A stretch of DNA of 64,000 bases from Malacoraja senta (taxonomy: Eukaryota). Both the position numbers and the translations under genes were made by a program. Positions 27,071-38,951 of the stretch are shown one piece after another (within the stretch, counting starts at the first letter, position 1; the number at the start of each line of letters is the position of its first letter). The notes under the pieces were generated by a model. That model did no database searches. It was given only the letters and a program-made list of their open reading frames with translations, and had not been told where the DNA came from. The stretch is taken from contig CM075989.1 of the NCBI GenBank assembly GCA_038087875.1, forward strand, positions 10,292,001 through 10,356,000. Direction: 5' to 3'.

Positions 27071-27378
27071 GTTTAGACTTTAATGGTACAGTGCGGAAAC
27101 AGGCCCTTCGGCCCACGGAGTCAGTGCCAACCAGCGATCAACCCGTATATTAGCACTATCCTACACACTAGGGACAATTTACAATTTTACCTAAGTCAAT
27201 TAACCTCCAAACCTGCACGTCTTTGGACTGTGGGAGGAAATCGAAGCACCCAGAGAAAACTCATGTGGTCACAGGGAGAACGTACAAACTCCTGGCAGAC
27301 TGCACCCCGAGTCAGGATCGAACCCAGGTGTTTGGCGTTGTGAGGCAGCAACTCTACCGCTGCACCACTGTGCCGCCC
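27071..27378 (-). mobile_element. HE1-type V-SINE
   Basis: GGGCGGCACAGTGGTGCAGCGGTAGAG start, B box GGTTCGATCC, V core tttcctcccacagtccaaagac, CR1-like tail. Confidence 0.88.
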
Positions 27379-28790
27379 TAACATTAAAAAGATTGGTGCA
27401 GGAATGATTTCTGCCACTCAAGAGTTTTGTTGGAGACAGAAAACAAATCCCTTCATTGGCTAAGACAACAATCTCTAAAGCTGCCTTTGCATTGTAGTGC
27501 ACGTACTGTAGGTGCACCAACCTCATGTGTGATAAACCCACGTCACCTCAAACCTCCGTTACACTTTGGAGCTGTTCCTTTGCTCTGAAAGCTGCCTTTT
27601 TAAGTTTAAAAAAATTGATGTAGTCCTCTTTCTCTGACAAATGCTTTTGAACATTTACACAACAGAAATTTGATGGGCCGTACAGTAAAAAACCTGGGGA
27701 CAGTTCAATACTGTGTAGTTTTCTAAGACCATCCATATTGTACACAGGTCTGGGTAACTTCCTCCTATAAATGTTTCTCTTCAAAATTGGCATCATCTGC
27801 TTCTAGTGTCTTCTCTTCCTGTCGATGTGCCTTTCCACAATCTTTCTTTTATTCCTGATACTGTGGTAGTAGCTCCTTTGAACTTGCCTCACGTCCTAAT
27901 CTGTAAATAGCCCAATCCTCTCAATTTTTAGTTGTGGGTCCCTTTTATGTCTCGATCCAATAAATATTCCAATTGCGAGTTTCTCTTTCATACTTTTGCT
28001 ATTTGTTCACTGCTGGCGATACCATCATTTATTGTCGATTACAAAATAACCCGGAACAGAGGCCAGTAATTATAACTACTTTGCTATGCCATGGGTGTGG
28101 AGTCCCTTATGGGCCAGGCTGGATAAGGACAGTAAATCTTCAACTGAAGCATGTTAGACATTAGTGGACAAGGATTTTGCATATAATTACCCCTGTAAGC
28201 AACTTTCAGAACACTACCACCTCTCCCTCCACCCCCCAAAGTTCTCTCCTGTTGCGATCAATTTAAACTTCTCTTTCAGAATGCAATTGGATATCTATTA
28301 TTGGTGATTGTCATGCTCAGAAATAGGATGACAGCAGAATTCTCTAAATGGACCTTGTCCACTTCCTCCCTTCATTTCATCTTCACTGGGTCAGTGCCAA
28401 GTAAGAGTAAGGGAAGCCCGTGTCCAAATAGAACCACAATAATCTGTGGCTGGTCAGATAGTAAACCTGGATTAAGAGTGCAAATTAAACTGTGGTGTGG
28501 AGACACAGGAGAGTGGTTCTCTGGAGCAGCCAGCAAGATAAAGACGTATGACAGGAAATTCTTAACAGAAAGATTGATCAACACACGCAATGGACTTCCT
28601 GATAATGTAGTATGAACAAAAACTCTGGAGTCACTGAAGCCAACAGCTGGAAGCTCTTTCTCATATATTAAAAACCGGTGCTGTGAAGTAACTTTCTTGT
28701 ATTTAAGAGGGTAAGTTCACTCCATACATATCTGCTTTGTAATGTGGAAATAAACAGGAGACTCTTTATCTCCACCTGACATGAAATATC

Positions 28791-28926
28791 ATGGAGTGGG
28801 AGATTGCAACCTTCACACGGTCCGCCCTGTTTTAACAAATGCAATCAACCTGGCGTGCACAATCAAATAAGATCAAATAGAGCAAGTTGTCCTACAACTT
28901 TAGGAATGCACGCCATATGCAAGAAG
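28791..28926 (+). mobile_element. 136-bp insertion with 10-bp TSD (unclassified; possibly an RTE-type 3' end)
   Basis: TSD ATGAAATATC at 28781-28790 and 28927-28936; ends in AAGAAG. Confidence 0.6.
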
Positions 28927-29017
28927 ATGAAATATCTCAACGTCTCACCATCTTTTCCACTTCTTTACCCCAACAGCAGGTTGGTGATGATTTCCAACCC
29001 GGCATTGGCCTTATTCA

Positions 29018-29242
29018 AGGTAGACAAAAATGCTGGAGAAACTCAGCGGGTGAGGCAGCATCTATGGAGCGAAGGAAATAGGCAACGTTTCGGGCCGGAA
29101 CCCTTCTTCAGTCTGAAGAAGGGTTTCGGCCCAAAACGTTGCCTATTTCCTTCGCTCCATAGATGCTCCCTCACCCGCCGAGTTTCTCCAGCATTTTTGT
29201 CTATCTTCAATTTTCCAGCATCTGCAGTTCCTTCTTAAACTG
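29018..29242. mobile_element. Penelope-derived insertion with inverted terminal-repeat duplication and 12-bp TSD
   Basis: Inverted repeat 29017-29207 centred on 29112; TSD TGGCCTTATTCA at 29006-29017 and 29243-29254. Confidence 0.88.
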
Positions 29243-29367
29243 TGGCCTTATTCATTGTCTTTTCTGCAGTACATTAAACATCTCCAGCAAGAAGAGTAGG
29301 CACTATTCCGAGCTATGCACCTGATCCAGTCCCCTTGAAATCAACCTTCTGCATCTCTGAAGATGCG

Positions 29368-29655
29368 TTAGTTTAGTTTAGAAATACACCGTGGATACAG
29401 GCCCTTCGAGTCCGTGCCGATCACAGACCCCCGTACACTAGTTCTATCCTACACACTAGGGACAATTTACAGAAACCAATCAACCTATAAACCTGCACAT
29501 CTTTGGAATGTGGGAGGAAACCGGAGCACCGGGTGAAAACCCACACTGTCACAGGGAAAATGTACAAACTCCATATGGACAGCACCCATAGTCAGGATTG
29601 AACCTGGGTTTCTGGCACTGAAAGGTAACAACTCTACTGACACGCTACTGGGCCA
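29368..29655 (-). mobile_element. HE1-type V-SINE
   Basis: (GTTTA)n tail on +, V core, decayed B box. Confidence 0.85.
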
Positions 29656-30729
29656 TCATTGGTTACTCTCCTATTTCCCTGCACTTCACCTTAAAGAATT
29701 TGCCTCTCCACATACAGTTTCACATGCCTAATCAGCTGGCCAATATCTTATCCACTGGATGATTTTCAACCTGGATTAATACCACCCTATTATTTAGTGA
29801 TGTCGATTGAAGAACTGGGTATCATTGCTCAACCAGATGTTTGGCAACATCCCATGTTCACAGCTGTACTTCATCAGGAACATCGAGCAACCAGGAATGG
29901 AAATGCTGGCTTATTTACCCATACCAAACACATGTGTAATTCCTCAATGCAGTTGTAAACAGATAACTCAATAATACTGGGATGGTAATGTTTATTTATA
30001 TTTAAGTGCACTATAACCCTAGAATGGACTGGTTAGACTAGACAACATCCTTGTTCATATTATCTGCAGATCTTTACTGTGTGTAATACTGAGAGAATGT
30101 AACAAATGCCATTTCCCCCCCAAATTAACACTAATGGCTCCCTCCTGATATCAAAGGAACTGTTTCAGTAGTTGCAGTCATCCAACATTTAGACAGTTGT
30201 AACGAAGTCAATGAAAGACAAGAAACTGCAGATATTGGACTCTTGTGTAGAAGACACAGTGCTGGAGTAACTCACCAGGTCAAACAACATCTCTGTAGGA
30301 TGCAGGATGCAACTTTTGCTTTAACCAGCCATGGCAATGTGGTATACCGATCCTGGTCATTTCATATTGAACAATTTTGATTTGATATTGGTTTAACAAA
30401 AAATAAAAATTGACAGTTACCAGTGGGGTGCTGTTAAATTCACAGATAGCGTAAACAAAATTTAACCATTGATCCCACTCTCAGACATATTATATTGACC
30501 GTTGCAAGAAAATGTCTTAACTGAACAATGCAGCCATATTTTTCTTTAATGGGGCCATTTGGCCTCTTTTTTCTGTGCTGTTTTGAGAGAGCTGACCATT
30601 CCCCTCCACCCTTGCATATTTTCCTTTCCATGTTAAAAATTCCTGTTTGATCAGCTTCCAGCACTCTTCCAGATCAAGAAAAAACTTGCTGTTCTGCTCT
30701 GTTTTCCTGACAAATGGAAGCTTTCCTTT

Positions 30730-30940
30730 ATTTACCTTGTTTGGACATTGCTTTATTTTGAACAGCTCTATTTAATTTCCTCTGAACCTTCAACAAGCAC
30801 AGCTTGTGCAGTCTAGCCACATATCCATGATCCGCCATCCTTGGACCACCCTGGTGAATTTCTTCTTCAACCTTGACATTCTTCCAGAACTGGGCACAAT
30901 ATTTCAACTGGAATTGAACTACTGTGGACTGAACCATCGA
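30730..30940 (-). mobile_element. Old CR1 fragment just past the SMAD6 poly(A) site
   Basis: QLKYCAQFW...ARLHKLCL resembles CR1 HLEYCVQFW...RLxxLGL. Confidence 0.6.
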
Positions 30941-30999
30941 GCTAGCTTCTTCAGAGAAGTGTGGTATAATGTGGCCTGGTACAAAGACTAGATGCGACC

Positions 31000-31376
31000 A
31001 ATTTATAATGCAAATACTTTATTATCAACAAGTGTCTCATCTTGTTGTTTTACTGGTACGTTAGCTTTTTTGTCTTGGTACTAATAGTACGACAGAACTA
31101 TACACCAAACCTAGGCTTTCTTGCTATTTTTGGTGTATAATTTAATCTGGTGTTGAATGAGTATATATAAACCAAAGTGCATTTTCCTGTTGTGATCTGT
31201 ATTCATACACATTGCACCATACATAAATAATTACAATGTAAAAATGACTCCATATTTACAAGTATAATATATAATTCATATAATAATATATAAAACTTTA
31301 TATTAAATCTAGGTAAATGATATTTGGAATAGTCTGGTCTTTTTTAATATAGGATTTAATTCCTGGAGGTTGACTG
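31000..31376 (-). other. SMAD6: SMAD6 3'UTR
   Basis: AU-rich, repeat-free sequence between the stop codon and AATAAA; resembles my memory of the mammalian SMAD6 3'UTR (taaagttttatatatt...gagtcatttttac...ttatttatgtatggtgcaatgtgt). 3' end approximate. Confidence 0.8.
31018..31023 (-). promoter_or_regulatory. Polyadenylation signal AATAAA of SMAD6
   Basis: TTTATT on +; minus strand reads gatAATAAAgtatttgcattata, ~355 nt after the stop. Confidence 0.8.
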
Positions 31377-31918
31377 TTATCTGTTGTTGTTAAGCATTAT
31401 TTCCAGCCAGCAGGGACAAGATGTTATGAATTGTCTTGAATAACAAGGACCCCAGCCTTTTGCAAAGCTAATTCGAACACTGTTTGGGTCGTATGGCCCA
31501 TCTGCATAGTCGGTATCTGAGGACTGCTGCAAAAGGCAGGATTTTTCATAGTCAAAAACTTTAATTGAATATCCTGGCATCACTTTCCGAACAATAAGAG
31601 TCCGAGAATTGGGAATGTCCAGCGTTGGGGAATTGACAAAGATTGGGTGTTCGCTCCGATTGTAGGCCCAGACCCCATCTGGCTCTTTGCTCAACAAGAT
31701 CCCATAGCCAATTTTACTTTGAGTCCTTTTGACGGTCTCACTCCTGTTATCCAAGGCTAAGTGTCCGAGGCAGAAGCCATTCCCATGAGGTAGGTCATAG
31801 AATATACTGACAGACTGTTCATAAACTGTGTAGAGGCGTCCAACCCTGGTCCGGTGTTCCCAGTAGGCCACAATACACCAGTGGCTCTGCTTCATTGTGT
31901 CGGGTGAGAGGCTGGCAT
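31377..31918 (-). CDS. SMAD6: SMAD6 terminal coding exon (inhibitory SMAD, MH2 domain)
   Basis: Translation (D)[43 protein letters not shown]...[40 protein letters not shown] matches my recollection of the SMAD6 MH2 ([42 protein letters not shown]) rather than SMAD7. Polypyrimidine tract plus AG acceptor (tttttcttatttcAG, AG at 31920-31919), phase 1; TAA at 31379-31377. Confidence 0.96.
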
Positions 31919-32384
31919 CTGAAATAAGAAAAAGAAAACCATCAGGACATCTATGGTCATGTAATCTGCACAAGTGACTCAATGTTAACTTTGTAAACAC
32001 AAGCAAACTGTATGTCTATAGATCTTTTGACATCTCTTTCAAGATTACCCAAAGTGGTTTTTTTTTTGCAAACAATTATGTATTGGAAATGAAGTCACAA
32101 TTATAACAGGAAACCTATCAGTCAATTAACACAAGCTGTGCTTGAGAAGGGGATGCAAGGATATTTTAAAAAAGAATAGGCGTGGTGGAAGCAGAAGTAA
32201 TCAAACTCCCTAAAAAGGATCTGAACGTGCACTGGAGATAATAATTTGCAGAGCAATAGAGAAGAGCAAGGAATGGAACTGACGGTTGCTACACCAAGAG
32301 CCACCATAGCCCAAAATGTTTACTTTCATGCTGTAATAATTCAATGAAAAATGTGATGAAATGTACACAAAAGGACCTTGTCAA

Positions 32385-32765
32385 CGGTGGCTCAATTGAT
32401 AGCAGTGAGGCACAACTAAGCTCAATTCCCTCAATGGAAATCCAGTCAACAATGCCATTATAGTACTGAGGGAGCACTGCATAGTCGAAGGGTACTGCCT
32501 TTCAGACGAGAGGCTTAACTGTTTTTTCCCCCTCCTTCCCAAGCCATCATTAGAGTTGAGGACACCGCGATGGTCCTGACAAACGTTTATTCTTCCCAAA
32601 GTAATTCCCAAGAAGATCAACACACAGCTATTTGCAGGAGTTTTCCGTGATGACAGGCTGCTGTATTTCCTGAATTACAATCCTGAACTACACTTCACTA
32701 ATTGAAAAAGCACTTTGGGATGTCTGGAAGCTGCAGAAGAAACTACAGAAATACAAGTCTTTTTT
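32385..32765 (+). mobile_element. Deu-domain SINE (SacSINE1/AmnSINE1-like)
   Basis: tRNA-like head ggtggctcaattgatagca, ctgagggagcactgc, ctttcagacgagag, and tail aagcactttgggatgtc...aaatacaagtcttttttt. Confidence 0.7.
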
Positions 32766-33386
32766 TAAATTCAATTAATCACACTCATGTTTGCTATTCA
32801 AGTGGAGAAGTGCAATCACATAATCAAAGTCATACAGCACAGAAATTAGTCCTTTGGTCCAACTTGTCCTTGCCAGCCAGGTTTTATAGCTGAGCTAATC
32901 CCATCTACCTGTGTTTAAACATTTCCTATCCACATATATTCATATAAAATAACATATTACTTATTTTCAAATAAATAGATTCCATTCAATTTCAGTTGCC
33001 AACTAACTTTCTAATCACCTCTTATCTGTTGTCAGATTCTGACCCATTAACATTTAGAATGAAAATTGTATGTAAACAGTCGGCTGTAACGTGCAACTAC
33101 AGGTTGTGGTCAGTGGGTGGTGTGGCAGAGTGAAATTGTAAAGTCTCTCAATTCAGCCTATTCATTTTTATACCAATGAAACAGCATCTGACTACCACGA
33201 TTTATTGAAATTTTATTGGCATTTTCCAATGAATTGCAAAGCTTATATTGCATCCCATTCCCGACCAGCTGTCGCAACCTCATTACATTTGGTAGAAATT
33301 TGGAAAGTTCTCCGGAGAAGTTGCATGTCCATTAATACAAGGTGTTTGTAGACTTGAAAAGATCCTGCAGTTAACATCTACTGAGG

Positions 33387-33492
33387 GTACACAAAAATGC
33401 TGGAGAAACTCAGCGGGTGCAGCAGCATCTATGGAGCGAAGGAAATAGGTAACGTTTCGGGCCGAAACCCTTCTTCAGTTACCCTGCCCTCC
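33387..33492 (-). mobile_element. Short Penelope terminal-repeat insertion with 14-bp TSD and intact hammerhead core
   Basis: TSD AACATCTACTGAGG at 33373-33386 and 33493-33506; minus strand CTGAAGA a GGGTTTCGGCCC GAAACGTT. Confidence 0.85.
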
Positions 33493-33852
33493 AACATCTA
33501 CTGAGGACTGGGTTTGCCTCCACATTCCTAAACGAGTAATCAAATATGATCAATGTGTATAAGAATGTAAGAACTAATAGGAGTAGGCCACATGGCTCTT
33601 TGAGTCTGATCCACCATTCATTAAATGGTCTACTCCAGTGTCATTTTCCAGCATTATTGCGATAGTAGTTCTTTATTTCCTTCATGCCTAGAATCTATGG
33701 ATCTGTGTTCTGGGTGATTATGATGATGGAGACACAGTTGCCATGTTCCCCATCCCCTGATTGAAGAAATTTTCCTTATGTTATGATGCCACTCAATATT
33801 CTGGGTAACTGTGCCTGACGGGATTGTGTATGCCATGGTTATGGAAAAGTTA

Positions 33853-34149
33853 TGGGCCTGTCCCACTGTACGAGTTTACCCAAGAGCTCTCTAGAGTTAA
33901 AAAAAAAAATCAAACTCGTGGTAAGTACGTAGCAGGTACGTCGGAGCTCGGGACGTCTGTTAGCGGCTCGTATCGCTAATGGCAGGTACTCGGGAAACGC
34001 GGTAAGCTCGTGAAGTTTTTTCAACAGTGTGAAAAACGTCCACGAGAGCCCCGAGTACCTACGAACGGCTATTACCATAATTCACTGAGTTCGAATCAGA
34101 GGAAACACGGGGGAACTCTTGCATTACCTCGTACAGTGGGACAGGCCCT
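33853..34149. mobile_element. PIF/Harbinger-type MITE
   Basis: Perfect 21-bp TIR GGGCCTGTCCCACTGTACGAG / CTCGTACAGTGGGACAGGCCC; TTA on both flanks (33850-33852, 34150-34152); CpG-rich. Confidence 0.85.
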
Positions 34150-34304
34150 TTACACTGCCATTTATTAGCCAACAATATTAAATGAAATGAGTAAAATACT
34201 GTCATAGTTCGGACTCAAGCAGAGTACGTTTGAGGGCCTGAACAGTTTATGCTTGTTTTGATGTTTTATCTTCAGATATGGTTTTATTGGCTAGTACAAT
34301 ATAG

Positions 34305-35341
34305 TAGGTATGTTACAATACTTACCTTCAGCGGCGCTGCAATTCTGCCACTGGCCGTGTGCGCGATTTTGGCGCCTTTAAGGGGGGGGGGTGCGGGGTT
34401 AAAACACGTGTTTCTCCTACCTTGTCCTGTATTATATTTCGTTGGAGTACAAGCGTTTGCTGAAAAATCGTTCCTAGGGGCGTTTTGTGTATTTTTTATT
34501 TTTATTAAATCGACAATGTCAGCGCTGGAGTTATTTTAAAATCAGCTTCGAAAGACGTCAACGGGGACGGATTTCACACACGGGACAGGTAAACGAAAGT
34601 AGTTTATTTTAATGTATAAAAGTGCTTCTTAAGAAGCCTTTAATTCATATTTTTTAATGCGAAACGGTGATTCCTTTCCCCGAACTAACGGCAGAATTTT
34701 TCATGCCGATACGGGGTTAAATTCACCGAAAATCAACGTTCCAAATGATCGCGTTCCAGAAAACCTCACTCGCAAGATTATTTAAATGGCCATTAATTTA
34801 CAGGTATTAAACATTCAATTCCTTCCATTTGGCCTGTAAATCCACGACAATGAGATTTAAAAATTATGTTATATTGTGAATTCTTGTGTGAATGTTATTT
34901 GGACACTTAGGCTATTTAAAAATGTTAATCTATTCTTAAGAAATTGATAGATGTTTGGATCTAGTAATTGAATTTTGTAATCAGCTCCAATTAGGTAACT
35001 ATCTAATTATATGCTTTAATTTCATGTCATCTAAATAAGATTGTTTCATATTTGTTTCAGAATGCTTCAATCTATAATAACTGAAAATTTCTTTCAGTTC
35101 TCTTAATTTTAAGAAAGTTATGGGTTTTTGACTGTCCTCGATCACAGCTTTTATGTTAAGTCAATGGAAAAGCAATAGGGAACAAGATGCTAATTTCCGA
35201 GTATGAAAATGGCCATAACTTTTTTAATACTGAAGATATGAAAGTGAATTAGGTGTCAAATTAAACTTCTTTTTATGCTTTACCTGATGGGATAAATTGC
35301 AGACTTTATTTTTTAAATATCAAAATTTTGTAACATTGCTA
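34305..35341. mobile_element. Non-autonomous DNA transposon (hAT-like TAG ends) with 7-bp TSD
   Basis: TIRs TAGGTATGTTACAA / TTGTAACATTGCTA; AATATAG at 34298-34304 and 35342-35348; CpG-rich left half. Confidence 0.75.
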
Positions 35342-36319
35342 AATATAGCTTCACAACCAGTCTGAGCACTGAATTAGCTCGTGGTTGCACCTTGGCTCCG
35401 TGGAATACAACTGTAGTGATACTGCAAAAAGGTTGTGTCTTTCTCCCAATCGGCCCCACAGTGTAACTTCTGATCATGGACTGCGCAGGAGAACCAATTG
35501 ATCCGTAATCTGTGCCTTTTCATCATCAAACTAAAAGGAAGTGGTTCTTGATGAACACCCACATAATCGGGATTAATCTCTCATCATCTCTTTCCCTCCA
35601 GAATGCACGAGCAGACTTTGTATTCAAACACAATTTAATGATGAGATTAGTAGAATTTACAATGATCCCACTGAAAAAATAACAGATTTCAGGGGCTTTT
35701 GCAGTCAGACCATGGGAGTCAATGAGTTCAGGGGTGATATTAACAATGCTTTATAAGAAATGTGTTCTATATTAATGTGTATTTGATTAAATGTGGTTTC
35801 TCCTATATTGCATTTAAATCGATTGACTGCAGGCCTGGAGTAACGTTGGCATTATTATTAAACACAATTGCTAGTTGATCTCAAGCTCACACCATGAATT
35901 TATATTATAAACTATAAACGACTACAAACCCAACAACTGCAATATTTTCTTTTCAAAGTCATCTTTACTATTCTAGTTCATTTTGCATACATGAAGAAGG
36001 GAGACATTAGAATAACCGAATGAAATAGCACAGGGAGAAGCTATTTGGCCTATCTGGTCTATGCCAGGAATCTAACACTTCCCTCAATAAATCTTAGCCT
36101 TGCACTTCCCAGGCATGGATTGACAGCTACCAAGCGCCAAAGAATCCATGGGACAGGCAATGACTGCATTAGGTACAGCGCACTGGCACCGGCCCCAAAC
36201 TCTAGACAAGTTAATGTGGAAAAGTTAACCCCTTACATTGTGTTTGAAATGTTGATCTAATCTTGAGAGTTTTTGTCTTATTGAAGCATCATGGCCTGAT
36301 TATAGAGGGATAAAGAAGG

Positions 36320-36905
36320 CATTTGGGATGCTTATCTTCATCAAGATTTGGTTATTCCACTTTTGGAATATTATGTGCAGTTCTGGTTGCCCCATCACAG
36401 GAAGTGTGGAGGATTTGGAGAGTGTGCAGAAAATGTTTAATAGAATGTTGCCAGGATTAGAGGATATTAGTTATATGTAGATTGGACAAGCTGGAATTGT
36501 TTTCTCTGTAGTGTCAGAGGCCGAGGCGAGACCTGATAAAATTATGAGAGGCAATGATAGGGTTTGCCAATCATAATAGAACCTTTTTCCAGAACCTTTT
36601 CCCTCAGGGTGGAAATGTCAGGAACTAGAGGGCATATAAAGTGAGAGGGGGAAAGTTTAAAGGAGCTGTGCAGGGCAAGTGTATTTTTCATTACACAGAG
36701 GGTCGATGGTGCTTAGAACATACTGCTAGGGGTGGTGGAGAGAGCAGATCTATCAGTGGCATTTAAGATGCTTTTATATAGGTACACAAATATGAAGGGA
36801 ATGGAGGGATATGGATCATGCACAGGCAGAAGAGATTAGTTTAATTTAGCATCATGTTCGGCACAAACATCATGGGCCAAATGGCATGTTCCTGTGCATC
36901 TATTT
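36320..36905 (+). mobile_element. Old CR1-like LINE 3' part
   Basis: ttggaatattatgtgcagttctgg (LEY.VQFW), gtgcagaaaatgtttaatagaatgttgccaggattagagg, and a CR1-type tail. Confidence 0.8.
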
Positions 36906-38951
36906 TCTTCCTCGAGACACAGCCCAAATGTTAGCCATATTATCAGGCCAAGGTTTTATCAACAAGGCAGAGTGTAGTCCCATTTGCCTGTATTGACCGC
37001 ATCTCTCTAAACCTTTTCTATTTGTGTACCTGTCTGAATGTCTTTAAAACATTGTAACTAACAGTTCATTACCTCGCCTCTCTCAGGAAAGCCACTGGTA
37101 ATTTAAAATATAACATAATATGTGTTCAATAAGTTGTGCTCAAAGTAAATGCTAGAAACTATTCAGCGCACATGATCCAAAAGTAGCTAAAAGCTGGTTG
37201 AATGAGGAATGTGCGCCCCAAGACATATGGATCACTCAACAGTTCGTTAACAATGCACTGAGACTACTGCAATACAAAGAAGGGCATTGGTCCAATATGC
37301 CATCTAAAAGCCTCCTACTCCCAGTATTAATATGCCAAAACAGCCTGCAAGATGTCCTTGTATACTTGGAGGAGAGGGCCTTGACCTCATCCCACCAGCT
37401 CACTTCTTCAACTCAATCATTAAAACTAATCATTAACCAAGAAACCATCCCACCCTCACTTCCCCAAGGACTCCAAATCTCATTCAAGTTGCAGCTCATA
37501 GGCACGGCTTTACAGTTATTGCAAAAATGCAGCAGAACATTTTACGGAAAAACATAAAGGATTGTAACCATTCAGCTAAAGCCATGTTCTGCAGAGGCTG
37601 TATACACCAGGCATATTAAACATTGTGCAAGCACGTAATTAATGGGAATCAAACAGTACGACACACCCACCAAGTCATTAAAAAGCAGACTAAGCACCCG
37701 AAGAGCTGTACGGGCTGGCTTAAATTATCTGGACGCACATAATCTACAGCCCGTGAGACATAGGGGAGTGTAAGAGAGGGGTGGGGGTTCTTTGAGCTTG
37801 CATGTCTCCGAAGCTGTGTTCAGCTCTCTGACAACTTATCAGCAGACAGTGCCCTCTCGACCTCCCTCGCCTCATGCCATCAGCTTTGATTAACTCACTG
37901 TGGTGATGCTATTATTTCCCTTCAATACACTCGCTGCCACAACAGGTCTAAAGCCAGCCTCCTGCTCTGGAGCGGAACTGCCTCTCTAATACGTTTCCCA
38001 TCATGAAATTGCACCCCTCTCCCTCGATCTTTCATCTCAAACCATCTCTCATACCTTGTGTACTCTCCTTTCAGCTCCCATGTCAAACATTGCTTGTCTC
38101 TTTGTCACCACACAGTTCTCCATCAAAACAAATAGTGCCGATGTATTGAACACAAATTGCGAAGCTGTTGCATCGTCCCCGCACAATACCCAGAATCCAT
38201 TGAACACCCACCCTATCTGAATCAGCCACAATGATAGCAGCTACACAAATCCAGTGTGGCACCAATAACTCTCCTCTCCTTCCTATGGGTAGAGGGAGGA
38301 GGACTTGGCAGGGGGCGAGGGGAAACGAGCTCTGGAGATTTTTTACGGGCTGCTCAGAAGCAGATCTTTCTTCTGATGGCTCTTTAAAATTGTTTCCATT
38401 AACAAAGGAGTTTGAAAAGTACATGCTCTGTTCTCTTCAGCTGTAGCCGGCATAGTTAACCCTTAAACACCTCACAAATGCACAACATCTACATAGAGGT
38501 CGACAAGCAGAAAAGGAACAACCACTGCAGGCTCCCCTCAAATTACACATCTAATTTGGAAAATACATTGCTGGCTCTTCATTTAGACTGGGTCTAATAC
38601 ATAAAACTCCCTATCCAACACCAGTACCAGAGAGCACCAGTATCAGAAGGACTGCGGCGACTCCAAAAGGCGATGCACTATCACTCTCCAAAGGATAAAT
38701 ATGGATGGACAATAAATGTTGACTTTGCCAGCAACAACCACATCTCTTAACTTATTAAATAAAAAGTTGAGCTTCCTGTATCTGATAACCTATTAGTATC
38801 CCCAAAAGTAATTTAGCCGAGTCTCTGATGTTTATTCTACTTTGTCTGCTCCTGAATCTGAAAGGATGGCCTCTTGTGCTAGGATATTCTGTGATTCAAC
38901 ACTCTTCCTAGAGGAATATTGGGTGATGGAAATAAGGAATCCCTTGACTCT

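Noticed and set aside
27300-27378. tRNA gene-like A/B boxes
   Set aside because: Head of an HE1-type SINE, continuous with the V core and LINE tail.
31919-32006. N-terminal 29 aa of the 209-aa ORF (MLVFTKL...FLFLIS)
   Set aside because: Intronic read-through upstream of the AG acceptor; not SMAD6 sequence.
34371-34376. GGCGCC BMP-response motif
   Set aside because: Lies inside a young transposon with no properly spaced GTCT/AGAC partner.
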